Origin: an uncultured virus (IMG/VR IMGVR_UViG_3300010885_077351)
Taxonomy: Duplodnaviria; Heunggongvirae; Uroviricota; Caudoviricetes
Reading direction: 5' to 3' (one strand)
Virus record (IMG/VR): IMGVR_UViG_3300010885_077351
Length of the DNA: 64,000 nt
The translations under genes were made by a program, and so were the position numbers. Of the stretch, positions 18,439 through 28,463 are shown one piece after another. Under the pieces are notes generated by a model. It saw nothing but the letters and a program-made list of their open reading frames with translations. It did not search any database and was not told the DNA's origin. How positions within the stretch are numbered: position 1 is the stretch's first letter; each line of letters starts with the position of its first letter.

Positions 18439-20706
18439 TTACGATGATAAAACACCTGTACCAGTGTACAGAATAAAATCAATCATTTCTTCAACTGTAC
18501 CACCTCTTTTTACCCAATCATTGTATGATGAATTAGTATATTGTATTGTGGTATATGGGTCATTAAAATTAATCACATTATTATAATGACTATTTTCTGG
18601 TGTACTCACAAACTCATAGAAATCATAGTAATTTGTAATTGCTTCACCAGTTATATTCGGGGTTAATAGTAGATTCCAACCCCATGTATCATTATAAGAG
18701 CTTAATGCATATGTAGATAAGGCTGGGTTAATTACATCTGTTGAAATTAATGTAATAAATGTTGAATATTTAGTAAATTTATTGCTAAATCTTTCTAATG
18801 CAACAATAAACCCATCATTACCAGATGTAAGTGTGGTTGTTAAAAAGTCTAACCTAGCTCCTAAATTAACACCATATACGCTAGTATCTGCACCTAAAAC
18901 GTTATTGAAGTTTTCGTTAAATTGGTTTTTAGACCCCCACAATCTAGAATGATTTATAGAGACGATGTCAGTTAATCTCTTAAGCTTACTTGGTGAATTA
19001 AAGCTTGTAGTGTCATTCACATCTAGCGTTCCCCCAACCATAGAGTTCATTGAAAGTAAGCCTTCAATATTACTCTTATGTATATCATTATTATTAGATG
19101 TAAAATTAGCAATTTTTTCATATGCTAATTTACCTGGAGCCATTGGGTCTGCAGAACTATCTCCAAATGCTGTACCTAAAAAGTCGTCAAACAATACATT
19201 TTTATCAAGTAAAAATTCTTGATATCTTAAGCTATTAAGAGTACCACTAAAATCAAAATCTTCATTAACCTTAGCTATTTTATTTTTACCACCTGAAGGG
19301 TAAACATTAAATGTGGTAGATGAAGGTAAATTTATATCAGAAATATTTAATGTTAATGTTGAAATATCATCATCAAGCCCTATACCCGTTGTTGAATCAT
19401 CTAATGCTAATATACCTCCAAGATACGAATAAACAGTACAAGCTAATCTAATATTTTCAGCTGTTACTAAAGGAGTAAATGTACCTCTAAAAAATCCTCC
19501 AGTAATAGATGAAAGGTATGTGAAATTTGTGGTAAATGTACCTAAGGTTGGATCTGATTCACTTAAGCTATTTAAAACAGTGAAGTATATACCATTATTT
19601 GATTGATCATTTAAAATAAAATTGGGGTGATTTTTTACAGTAAAATAATTGCTGTCCTTAAGTGTTACAACAAAATTGATTTTTTGACCAACATATTTAA
19701 TTGGGTCTATTTCAAATGTATTAATAGGTATCCCTTCCCCTGTAATACCATTGGATGAAAATGCTAAATCGATAAACACGTTATCGATAAAACTACAACT
19801 AATAATAATTGGTATTGTATTGTTGTAATTAAAGCTTTTATCAAAAACAGTTATTTCTCTATTACCTGTTCTATCATCTTTTACATACACATCTTTACTA
19901 CCGCTTACACCGCACATCACACTTGAGATTGTATCACTAGTAGTAAAATAAATAAAGGGTGTTGCAGCTGTAGACGATAATGCGCAATATATTGGTGTAC
20001 GTTCAATTATAGCTTCTTTTATTTCAACGAAATACCCATCATTATCAATATCATAAAAAGATGAGAACGGGTAAAGATGACCATATTTATTTTGATCTAG
20101 TTTTTGATCGAAATAATTTTCAGTACCACTCAACAGTCTTAACCCGATTGTTGTGGTATATGTATCACCACTACCTGGTGTCTGCCATGATGATTGAGTA
20201 TATACGGTGAATGGGTCTTGTATTCTACCTGCAGTAAGTATATACTGATTAGATGTAAGGTAAGGTGCACTTACAGTTACATTAAATGTATCCTGTATAA
20301 TATTAAAACAAGTAACAGATGGTATAGTTGTGTTTTTATATACTCCACCCGAGAAGTCGAAGAAAAAGGTAGATACATTATAAACACCTGGTGAGTTATA
20401 ATAGTGTGTACTAGTTAATTCTGTTGCATATGTACCATCTCCAAAATCCCATACAATACGTTTATCAGAAATATACTGCGAATTAGATAATTCTGTAATA
20501 AGTTTAAGCACCGGTACTGGCACCTCTGTTGTAATAAAATAAGGTATATTTTCTGTAACGATATAATCAAAGCTACCTAAACCTTCTATTGTAGCTAAAT
20601 TAAATGAAGCTTGAAAAGTAAACGGTGTTATAGGTAAGGTATAACCTGTTAACGCTGGAGATCCCGTGAAATTGGTTATCTGTACTGGTACTGTTACATT
20701 ATTCAT
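18439..20706 (-). CDS. PKD-domain baseplate protein (gp7-like position)
   Basis: VWDFGDG...THYYNSPGVYNV; the ATG at 20706 overlaps the gp6 stop. Confidence 0.65.
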   Translation of the reverse strand: MNNVTVPVQITNFTGSPALTGYTLPITPFTFQASFNLATIEGLGSFDYIVTENIPYFITTEVPVPVLKLITELSNSQYISDKRIVWDFGDGTYATELTSTHYYNSPGVYNVSTFFFDFSGGVYKNTTIPSVTCFNIIQDTFNVTVSAPYLTSNQYILTAGRIQDPFTVYTQSSWQTPGSGDTYTTTIGLRLLSGTENYFDQKLDQNKYGHLYPFSSFYDIDNDGYFVEIKEAIIERTPIYCALSSTAATPFIYFTTSDTISSVMCGVSGSKDVYVKDDRTGNREITVFDKSFNYNNTIPIIISCSFIDNVFIDLAFSSNGITGEGIPINTFEIDPIKYVGQKINFVVTLKDSNYFTVKNHPNFILNDQSNNGIYFTVLNSLSESDPTLGTFTTNFTYLSSITGGFFRGTFTPLVTAENIRLACTVYSYLGGILALDDSTTGIGLDDDISTLTLNISDINLPSSTTFNVYPSGGKNKIAKVNEDFDFSGTLNSLRYQEFLLDKNVLFDDFLGTAFGDSSADPMAPGKLAYEKIANFTSNNNDIHKSNIEGLLSMNSMVGGTLDVNDTTSFNSPSKLKRLTDIVSINHSRLWGSKNQFNENFNNVLGADTSVYGVNLGARLDFLTTTLTSGNDGFIVALERFSNKFTKYSTFITLISTDVINPALSTYALSSYNDTWGWNLLLTPNITGEAITNYYDFYEFVSTPENSHYNNVINFNDPYTTIQYTNSSYNDWVKRGGTVEEMIDFILYTGTGVLSS

Positions 20707-22546
20707 CTTCAACTATAATTTTTGTAGATATTAACGATTGCTCGTATAAAAAGGGAAATTCAAAATTTTCTAATACCACGCTTTGTGATACAAATTCGAT
20801 ATCAGATGTAGAATAATTAGGGTTCCAAACCACCATATTAATAAATGGTACTTCCTTACCAACATTATTTGATACACGTCTTGTAAATATACCTGTTACA
20901 CCACCAATTGATAATAGTGTATTTGAAAGTATACTTAAGTCAATTACACCACCAAGTGTTATATTAGTATTTGTATTTGAATTAAAAAAATCTTGTATAA
21001 TACTTATTGCAAGAGATTTAATTTTTTCTTTGTTTATATTTGATAATACATTTCGTTTAAGTACTAAAACCGTATCATCTTTAACCTGGTAATAAGGTAA
21101 TTCGGTATCAAAAAGTAATCCAAATGCAAATGCTTTATAAACTGGATCCATTGGAACGATCTGATGTGTGGCAGATTTAATTCTATCTAATTCATTTGCA
21201 ATTAATTGTTTCTGACTAATACTTATAGTAGTTGGGTATTGTTCATTTCTAAGAACACCATACTTTGGAACAATAAATGTATAGATGTTATTAAAGTTTG
21301 TACTGGTCATAAAATTGACCTGGTTAAGCATGATACTTGGATCATTGTTAGGTTGATTCAACCCGAGATTATAATAATAAGCTAAGAAATTATTAACATA
21401 TTCGTTGTTGTTAATGGTTTTAGCAGATGTAGTTATATCAGAAAAGTTTTTCAAAATATACTGAGTGTAATCATCTGTGGTAACAGCTCTATTTTGTGAT
21501 GAAAATAAACGTGGAACGTTAGCTCTAATTTCATCTACACTCTCCCTAGATTTAATTTGTATTGAATCAAAAGGATTTTTAAATTGTACAAATGCCAAGT
21601 AAACTTGATTTATTAAGTTGGTACCAGTATATATAGAATTTTTAATATCATTGAAAATCGATGATTGAAAAAATGTTATAACCCCAGAAAGTGAATTTGC
21701 TGTAATTTCACCTGCAGGTCCATCAGATTCAATATAATATATTGAAATAATATCATTTACTTGTAATTTTCTACCATTAACATCGTTACCAAACTTGAAT
21801 TCATACTGATTATTTTCATTCAATCTCTTTTCAAAATATCTACCAACGTTACTTGCAAGATATAAAGATGAAACTTCACTGTATTCATACCATGTATTTG
21901 TAATAGCTTCTCTTACAAAAATTCTAAAAGTATTATCAGAAATAAATCTTTGTGAAGTTACACTACTACCTTGTGTGTTGTTTACATTGGTTATAAAAAT
22001 TGTTTCAAAATCTTCCCCAGTAGCTATGTATGCAGGATTTTCTATTACTCTACCTTGATATAAAACGTTTGTGCTGGTTACAACTAATTCATCGTCTTGT
22101 GATGTAATCTTTTCAAAAGTTAAATCATCTATTAATGAGTAGTTTCTACCACCAGAAACAATATGACTAAAACGTGGAATCGTATATTGACCAATTGGTA
22201 GAGAAGCTTTTGTGTATGTATCTATATTAACAACACTTGTTTGATCACCTACTGGTTTATAATTTAATAAACTCACAATTTTATTCATATTTTCATATAA
22301 TGTAGATTGTGAGAAAAATGATTCAGCAGCTGTCTGGTTAAGATAAAAAAGCAAAACATGGTACATGTAAGCAATAATGTCGATAAGAGAACTTAAATTA
22401 CTACCTTGAAAATTTTGATCCTTAAATATGCTGTTAGTGTTAAGTCTATCAATTATTAATTGACGCATACTCACCGCATCAAAAGATGCATATGCATTTT
22501 GTGGTAAAGTGTAATCTGTGAAGTTATTGAAGTTATTATTACTCAT
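20699..22546 (-). CDS. gp6: Baseplate wedge subunit (T4 gp6-like)
   Basis: FKDQNFQGSNLSSLIDIIAY, ESFFSQS, FGNDVNGRKL, ESVDEIRANVP..FSSQNRAVTTDDY; follows gp25. Confidence 0.88.
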   Translation of the reverse strand: MSNNNFNNFTDYTLPQNAYASFDAVSMRQLIIDRLNTNSIFKDQNFQGSNLSSLIDIIAYMYHVLLFYLNQTAAESFFSQSTLYENMNKIVSLLNYKPVGDQTSVVNIDTYTKASLPIGQYTIPRFSHIVSGGRNYSLIDDLTFEKITSQDDELVVTSTNVLYQGRVIENPAYIATGEDFETIFITNVNNTQGSSVTSQRFISDNTFRIFVREAITNTWYEYSEVSSLYLASNVGRYFEKRLNENNQYEFKFGNDVNGRKLQVNDIISIYYIESDGPAGEITANSLSGVITFFQSSIFNDIKNSIYTGTNLINQVYLAFVQFKNPFDSIQIKSRESVDEIRANVPRLFSSQNRAVTTDDYTQYILKNFSDITTSAKTINNNEYVNNFLAYYYNLGLNQPNNDPSIMLNQVNFMTSTNFNNIYTFIVPKYGVLRNEQYPTTISISQKQLIANELDRIKSATHQIVPMDPVYKAFAFGLLFDTELPYYQVKDDTVLVLKRNVLSNINKEKIKSLAISIIQDFFNSNTNTNITLGGVIDLSILSNTLLSIGGVTGIFTRRVSNNVGKEVPFINMVVWNPNYSTSDIEFVSQSVVLENFEFPFLYEQSLISTKIIVEDE

Positions 22547-23037
22547 ACAATGGTGAATCCGTTTGCGTTAAATTTGACTGACATACTAAAAGGTTTTGCT
22601 GGCACTCGTACTAAAGAAGGTATTGTGAAATATATATCAACCTGATATGTTAAATCATCTGGAAAAACTGTAACATTAACGCTTGTTACATTAACTCGGG
22701 GTTCAAGTTGTGGTATACGTCTTGTTAATTCAAGACCCAACACATAACCTGTCTGCACTGTAGCCCTATTAAACAAAAATCCTCTTAAGTCTAATCCAAA
22801 CTCTGGGGTTAGAAATTTTTGACCAGGTAATGTATTGAAGATATTATTAAGAGACTGAAATACGCTTTCTGTGTCATATATAGGACGCGCATCGTTAAAA
22901 TCAGCCTGAACTAATAATCCAGGTTGAGTTGAAAAATTCATCTGAAGATCTAGGTATAGATCTTTATACAGATATTCGTTATCTGTTAAGTTTCTTGTGA
23001 ACGCATTAGGTTGTAAGAAATCTAATATGACTGCCAT
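22543..23037 (-). CDS. gp25: Baseplate wedge subunit (T4 gp25-like)
   Basis: YKDLYLDL, SLNNIFNTLPGQKFLTPEFG, EPRVNV. Confidence 0.88.
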   Translation of the reverse strand: MAVILDFLQPNAFTRNLTDNEYLYKDLYLDLQMNFSTQPGLLVQADFNDARPIYDTESVFQSLNNIFNTLPGQKFLTPEFGLDLRGFLFNRATVQTGYVLGLELTRRIPQLEPRVNVTSVNVTVFPDDLTYQVDIYFTIPSLVRVPAKPFSMSVKFNANGFTIV

Positions 23038-23053
23038 TTATATTATTTAATGA

Positions 23054-23308
23054 CTAGTCCTTCTTCTTACTCTTCCATTGAACACGTTTTGGTCCTTTTT
23101 TCTTGTACATCTTACCTTTTATCTTTTTGAACTGTTGTTTTGTAGGTCTACATGCTGGGTAAGATCCTTTATTGGTGTTATTTCTACCACATGGACCACC
23201 TGTCTTGCAGTTAATCCAACCTTTGAATTTTTTACCGGTCTTAGAATCACGATGAGACTTAAACCAATCACGAAGATTTTCAGTAAAAAACTCAGCAAAA
23301 GTAATCAT
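23054..23308 (-). CDS. Basic Cys-containing probable internal head protein
   Basis: MITFAEFFTE then LRDWF...GPCGR...YPACRP; K/R-rich. Confidence 0.7.
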   Translation of the reverse strand: MITFAEFFTENLRDWFKSHRDSKTGKKFKGWINCKTGGPCGRNNTNKGSYPACRPTKQQFKKIKGKMYKKKGPKRVQWKSKKKD

Positions 23309-23676
23309 TTGATTTTACCTTTACGTTTGCGGCATTTTGAAATATATCCGCTAGCATAAGCACTTGGAAAAACATCATACTTAGCTTTTGCTTTATGATA
23401 ACAAGCGTCTTTCTTTGCTTTCTTTTTCGATTCCATTACAGGTTCTTCACCACCTGCAAGATATTCCATATCAAGTCTATTTTCAGGTGTGTCGTTAAGC
23501 TGATTAATGTAACCTTTAAGCTTAGCAATGACTTGGTCTTTAGTAAGTTTGATAGAAGGGTTATTAGCCATTGCGCTTAGATCAGTAATTAAACCTTCTA
23601 GCTCTTCTCTTGTATATGGAGACTCACCAGCATATTGCTCCATTAACTTGGTAAATGTGTTGTTGTAATCTTTCAT
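23305..23676 (-). CDS. Probable internal head protein with basic C-terminal module
   Basis: Acidic N-terminal part, PVME then KKDACYHKAKAKYDVFPSAYASGYISKCRKRK. Confidence 0.7.
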   Translation of the reverse strand: MKDYNNTFTKLMEQYAGESPYTREELEGLITDLSAMANNPSIKLTKDQVIAKLKGYINQLNDTPENRLDMEYLAGGEEPVMESKKKAKKDACYHKAKAKYDVFPSAYASGYISKCRKRKGKIK

Positions 23677-24107
23677 TTTGTTAAACCGTAAAACGTGAGC
23701 ATTGCATCACCATTATTTTTTTGACAATCAGGGCATTCATTACAATTACAACCTTGTTTAGCGCTTTCACACTCTTCTTCGTAGTCTTCGTCTTGACCCA
23801 TAGAAGGATCTTTCTGAATGTAGTAATAAGCTTGCTCTATTTCTTCTGGAGATAGTTTAGAAGCTTTTTCTTCACCCATAGCTTGAGACACCACAACATA
23901 CATTTCCTCAGGAGATAGCATCACACCATCACTCATATCTTCAGTTGGGTCAATAAATGGGTCATCTAGTGGAAATCCTTCTCTTGTATCCATCTCTAGA
24001 ATATACATCTTGAGATATTCATTAACTAAACCATCATATGATTCGGTTTTAAGAAACTTACTAGTAACCTTTTTAGGTGATTGGTGTTTTGCTGATTTTG
24101 ACGGCAT
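23673..24107 (-). CDS. Acidic late protein with CxCxxCxxC motif
   Basis: GCNCNECPDCQ; late box 5 nt upstream. Confidence 0.65.
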   Translation of the reverse strand: MPSKSAKHQSPKKVTSKFLKTESYDGLVNEYLKMYILEMDTREGFPLDDPFIDPTEDMSDGVMLSPEEMYVVVSQAMGEEKASKLSPEEIEQAYYYIQKDPSMGQDEDYEEECESAKQGCNCNECPDCQKNNGDAMLTFYGLTK

Positions 24108-24134
24108 AATATTATTTATTGATTGTGAAGGTGG

Positions 24135-25601
24135 TTACCAATTCTTGCAGGAAAAATATTTCGCGGTTCCTGGTTTTGCACTTGAACATTTATGACGCGC
24201 TCTGAAAGATTTTCTCTTTTTTGGGTTAGATTTTTTAATTCTCAATTTTGGATCACCATAATGAACTCGTTTGAGCTTACCATCAACCTTAGCACATCTC
24301 ATATATTTTTTTGATGGTCTAGATGATGATTGCTGACCTGTTACTTTGGTGCAACGAGCGCCTTTCTTTGCTTCTGTTAGATATTGTTCAACAAGGCTAT
24401 TAAATGATTCTGTAACAACACCTTCATTACCATAAATGATGCTTGCAAGTTTAGCAGGTGAACCTTCAACACCATTAATAATATCACTAGCTACAGAACG
24501 AAGCTTTTCCATTGTTTTGGGTCCAGCACCACCTTGATTAAACATATTAAGTGCTCTTATCATCGCACCTTGTTCAGATGAACCAAAATTACTGTCAAGT
24601 AATCTCTTAGCTTGCATAATAACAGGATTAACAGCTTTTTTACCAGCTTGCGAGCCTACAAATCCACCTGTAAGAGCTTTTGCACCTGCTGTCATTGGTA
24701 AAAGCTTAATGGTATTAGCATCTTTTACAGATGAGTTGTAGAAGTTAGCAAAGACTGAGAGCGGTAATCTATTAAATTCCTTATTTAATTCAATGGTAGC
24801 AAGAGGACCTGACATTGATAAAGCCCCTTTATAATCCTCGTATTTGTTGAGGAATAAATCTAAGAAACGTATTAAAATGTTGTTTTGAGGGCTTTCATCT
24901 GTTAAGCTCTTTAATACAGCTAATTTTGTTTCTAGTTGCTGTAAATCTTCATCTGATTGAATCATCTTATCAAGCTGATCAAGTGAATTAACTTGTGTTA
25001 TTGCTTGTTGTGGTGTTGATATTTTTTCAATCAATTTTTGAGCTGCTTGTTTAGCTACTCTTACAAGTTTTTTACGAAGATTTTGTTCTAATATTTCATT
25101 ATCTTCTGCATAAAATTCCACTTTATCAAGAATTGCTTTAAGTTCTTCTTTTTTATCAGCAATATCACTTTTCAATTTTGCAATTTTGGATTTTACGTTA
25201 TTTGGATCAGATAGAACAGCTTTACCTTCGTTGTGATCTTGTAATGCTTTTGCATAATTGTTAAGCTTTGTGGAATTATCATCAATATTGGCTATATTAT
25301 TACGAATAGTAACTTCATCATCATGATTAATACTCATTCTCTTACTTGCATAATCTGCAAGAATGGTGTTAACTTCATCAGATAGATCAGAATCATTTCT
25401 AAGTAATCTAAAAGCATTTCTAAGATGCTTTTTAGCTGCAACACCACCTGCACCTGGTCTATCTACACCTGCTTTGAGACCTTTATCTCTATCAGGTCTA
25501 AGTGCTGGGCTACCACGGAATGTTGATGGGTTTACTAATCCTCTTGGGTCTGGAGTCGTTGCTTCACCAAGAATTTTCTGAGCTAAATCTTCAAATGTCA
25601 T
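24135..25601 (-). CDS. Probable internal head protein; helical body plus basic Cys/His C-terminal module
   Basis: MTFEDLAQKILGE; YLTE then ...VHYGDPKLRIKKSNPKKRKSFRARHKC...KYFSCKNW. Confidence 0.7.
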   Translation of the reverse strand: MTFEDLAQKILGEATTPDPRGLVNPSTFRGSPALRPDRDKGLKAGVDRPGAGGVAAKKHLRNAFRLLRNDSDLSDEVNTILADYASKRMSINHDDEVTIRNNIANIDDNSTKLNNYAKALQDHNEGKAVLSDPNNVKSKIAKLKSDIADKKEELKAILDKVEFYAEDNEILEQNLRKKLVRVAKQAAQKLIEKISTPQQAITQVNSLDQLDKMIQSDEDLQQLETKLAVLKSLTDESPQNNILIRFLDLFLNKYEDYKGALSMSGPLATIELNKEFNRLPLSVFANFYNSSVKDANTIKLLPMTAGAKALTGGFVGSQAGKKAVNPVIMQAKRLLDSNFGSSEQGAMIRALNMFNQGGAGPKTMEKLRSVASDIINGVEGSPAKLASIIYGNEGVVTESFNSLVEQYLTEAKKGARCTKVTGQQSSSRPSKKYMRCAKVDGKLKRVHYGDPKLRIKKSNPKKRKSFRARHKCSSAKPGTAKYFSCKNW

Positions 25602-25636
25602 ATGATTATTTATGAAAAGCTATAAATATAATCATA

Positions 25637-26221
25637 ATGGAAAAGAAATTTATCAAGCTTTTTGAATCTGTGTACCAAAGATATCAACGCGAGGGCGGAT
25701 TCCTTATTGGTGATTATGTTAAATTTAAGGATAACTACAAATCTGCAGATCGCTATAAAAACTTAAATGATGACGTCAAAGCAAAACTTGATGATATGAA
25801 GGCATCAGGATTGAATATCAGAGTTGTTGATGTAAAAAGTTATATGCCTGCAGCAACACCTGCTAATCCAGCTGGTAATGGTGAGCAACTTACACTTACA
25901 ATTGCTTTAGATCAAGGTGGTGGTCGCTATAGTGATTACGTTATTTGTAACCCATCACTTTTAGTTAAAGATGATGTATATCCAAATCTTAATCCATTAT
26001 CACCAGAAAGAGACCTAAAACATAAGGTAAATATTAAGCCAGAAGAGCTTGAATCAGACGAGGAAGCTTATGTTAACAATTCTGACGTAAAAGGTGATGG
26101 TAAACTTGGTTTTGGTGATAGAAGTTTACGTAACAAAAATGTAACTCTTAATAGCAAACCTGCTACAAAATCAATGCAGGTTAATTCATATACAAAAGAA
26201 TATATGAAAGGATTAAAATAA
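25637..26221 (+). CDS. Late hypothetical protein
   Basis: 194 aa; TATAAATA 8 nt upstream; starts MEKKFIKLFE. Confidence 0.7.
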   Translation: MEKKFIKLFESVYQRYQREGGFLIGDYVKFKDNYKSADRYKNLNDDVKAKLDDMKASGLNIRVVDVKSYMPAATPANPAGNGEQLTLTIALDQGGGRYSDYVICNPSLLVKDDVYPNLNPLSPERDLKHKVNIKPEELESDEEAYVNNSDVKGDGKLGFGDRSLRNKNVTLNSKPATKSMQVNSYTKEYMKGLK

Positions 26222-26925
26222 TGTCTTATAAAAACCACAAAGACCAAAAATTAATATTTGAAGCTTACGTCAAGGTGGTTGAAAAAGCACCTCAAGGTTT
26301 TTTTAATAGACTTAGGAAAAGTGTTGGTTCATCTATTATTAATAAAGCAGCTAGTATTCCAATTCTAGGACATGCTTTTGCAGGTGCAAAAGAAAGAATA
26401 GAGAGCAGTGCTGAAGCACAACAACAAGTTAACAAAGCTAAAGCTCAATTTGAAACTCTTTATAGACAAAAATTACGTAAAAAATATAGTAGTAGACTAG
26501 GAGCTGGTAGACAATTTGTAATTGACTTTATTAAAAATGTATTACGTGCTGATGTGAATGACTCAGCACTTAGTTCTTATCTCACAGGTGCTACCATTAC
26601 AGATAAAAATATTAACGAAGCAATTACAGTTGCATTTGCTGTAAGGGATATGGGTGGTGGTGGAAGTTCACGTGATAAAGCTGCATTGCAGAATATTATA
26701 ACCACGTACCAAACAAGCGGTACACTTAATACACCACAACAAAACAAACTTAAAGCTTTAATCGGAGACTGGACAAAACCACCAGGTAATACCATTAGCT
26801 ATAAATTAGAAGATACAGATGGTAATCAAAAATCTCTAACAGAAATAATGGCTTTGTTAAATAACCCTGCGAAAAAACTTAATGGTATTAAGTTTTTGCA
26901 AAAAGCTTTGGATGATATGGATTAA
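26221..26925 (+). CDS. Late hypothetical protein
   Basis: 234 aa; TAATG overlap with the previous gene; DQKLIFEAY N-terminus. Confidence 0.7.
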   Translation: MSYKNHKDQKLIFEAYVKVVEKAPQGFFNRLRKSVGSSIINKAASIPILGHAFAGAKERIESSAEAQQQVNKAKAQFETLYRQKLRKKYSSRLGAGRQFVIDFIKNVLRADVNDSALSSYLTGATITDKNINEAITVAFAVRDMGGGGSSRDKAALQNIITTYQTSGTLNTPQQNKLKALIGDWTKPPGNTISYKLEDTDGNQKSLTEIMALLNNPAKKLNGIKFLQKALDDMD

Positions 26926-27851
26926 GACATAACCTTTTCACATGCTATACTGCATGCAAAGAAGTTAATTTCACCATCAACAACAAACACACTACGATAG
27001 AGATGATCTGCAATAACTGCAATCATCTCTTTCTTTTTGATATCAGTTAAATTTACATCATAGATGTATTCTAGAAGCTGTTTCATCAAACTCTGATAGT
27101 CGTTTTGAAATTTATCCTCGTTAGCAATATAATACTTACGAGCTTCTAAAGATTGATTATTACTGATATAATTATAAATGGTCTTTATAATTTCGTTATC
27201 GATATGGGTATGCTTAATTACAAGCTTACCATCTACAACACTCTTTTGTAATTCATTAATAGTCTTGCGAAGATCAGGAAAGAAGTTCTTAACCAACTCA
27301 ACAAATCTTTTCTTCTGATCATCCTCTAGTTCAATACTCTCTTGTTTAAGAATAGAGAAGCAACGTTTGACTGCCTGTTCAACAGAAGGTTTAAGACTAA
27401 GACTCTGACAGCGAGATTGCAATGGTGTAATAATCTTATGCTTAAAATTAGCAGTGAGAATAAACCTTGTATACCCACTATAACTCTCCATCAAGTTACG
27501 TAAAGCTTGCTGACCTTGAGCTGTAATACCATCAGCTTCGTCTAAGATAACAACCTTAACTTTACCATCAAATGATCTAGTTTGCGCAAAATTGCTTACT
27601 TTACTTCTGATAGTATCAATACCATTTTCATCAGATGCATTAATGTAAAGATAATTACATTTTAATACATCATGGACTAGAATCTTCGCAAGGGAAGTCT
27701 TACCAGTACCAGGTGAACCAACAAATAGCAAATTAGGAATCTGCTCGTTTTTACCAAAGTCTCTAACAATCGATTTGATATCTTCTTCAACAATAAGTTC
27801 ATCAATAGTTCGCGGTCTATATTTTTCTACCCAGATTTTATCTAAATTCAT
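26922..27851 (-). CDS. gp44: Sliding-clamp loader ATPase subunit (T4 gp44 / RFC-small-like)
   Basis: WVEKYRP, GSPGTGKTS, NASDENGID, VILDEAD, LQSRC. Confidence 0.92.
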   Translation of the reverse strand: MNLDKIWVEKYRPRTIDELIVEEDIKSIVRDFGKNEQIPNLLFVGSPGTGKTSLAKILVHDVLKCNYLYINASDENGIDTIRSKVSNFAQTRSFDGKVKVVILDEADGITAQGQQALRNLMESYSGYTRFILTANFKHKIITPLQSRCQSLSLKPSVEQAVKRCFSILKQESIELEDDQKKRFVELVKNFFPDLRKTINELQKSVVDGKLVIKHTHIDNEIIKTIYNYISNNQSLEARKYYIANEDKFQNDYQSLMKQLLEYIYDVNLTDIKKKEMIAVIADHLYRSVFVVDGEINFFACSIACEKVMS

Positions 27852-27949
27852 TTTTTCTTTTTGCTAATGCGTTTCTTTGTAATGGTAACAGTCTTACGAA
27901 TTTTAACCCCTTTACGAGTTATTTCTTTAACTTTTTGTATCTTAGACAT
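27848..27949 (-). CDS. 33-aa very basic peptide (not in ORF track)
   Basis: MSKIQKVKEITRKGVKIRKTVTITKKRISKKKK*; ATGA overlap with the clamp-loader start. Confidence 0.6.
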   Translation of the reverse strand: MSKIQKVKEITRKGVKIRKTVTITKKRISKKKK

Positions 27950-27958
27950 ATATTATGA

Positions 27959-28411
27959 TTATTTTCCTGAAGATCCAAAACCTTTTTCACCACGAGATGT
28001 TTCTTCAACTTTACCAAACTCAATATCACAGGAAACCAATGGGTAAAGAACAAATTGAGCAATACGATCACCTGCTTTTACATTATAGTCAATATCGGTT
28101 TGATTATAAAGCTTAATACCAGCATTTCCGCGGTATTCATTATCAATAATACCTGGATGTGGAATAATACCATGCTTAAACCCGAGACCAGATCTACCTT
28201 CAACTTTTACCCAGAATCCATCAGGTATATTTGCAAATTTAAGACCAACATCAACAATTGCTGAACCTCTAGCTGGAATTAATTTATCTTCAATACAGAA
28301 TACATCAAAGCCTGTATCATTATTATGATTTTTAACTGGAAGCTTTGCATCTGGATGCGTCTGCTCAAAAACTAACTTATAATTCGGTGACTGATAAATT
28401 TTTTCGTTCAT
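27959..28411 (-). CDS. dut: Trimeric dUTPase
   Basis: TGFDV, GRSGLG, GIIDNEYRG, GDRIAQ, RGEKGFGSSG. Confidence 0.95.
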   Translation of the reverse strand: MNEKIYQSPNYKLVFEQTHPDAKLPVKNHNNDTGFDVFCIEDKLIPARGSAIVDVGLKFANIPDGFWVKVEGRSGLGFKHGIIPHPGIIDNEYRGNAGIKLYNQTDIDYNVKAGDRIAQFVLYPLVSCDIEFGKVEETSRGEKGFGSSGK

Positions 28412-28418
28412 AATATAA

Positions 28419-28446
28419 ATTATACCTTAGTTGTTTTTGAAATCAA
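28419..28446 (-). promoter_or_regulatory. sigma70-like early/middle promoter
   Basis: TTGATT-N16-TATAAT, 7 nt before ATG 28411. Confidence 0.7.
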
Positions 28447-28463
28447 CTAATTAAATAATGTAA

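Noticed and set aside
798..27851. Giant eukaryotic virus origin (NRS/ER-like enzyme, RFC-like ATPase)
   Set aside because: Contractile tail genes, amidase, spanin-like genes and bacterial promoters indicate a bacteriophage.
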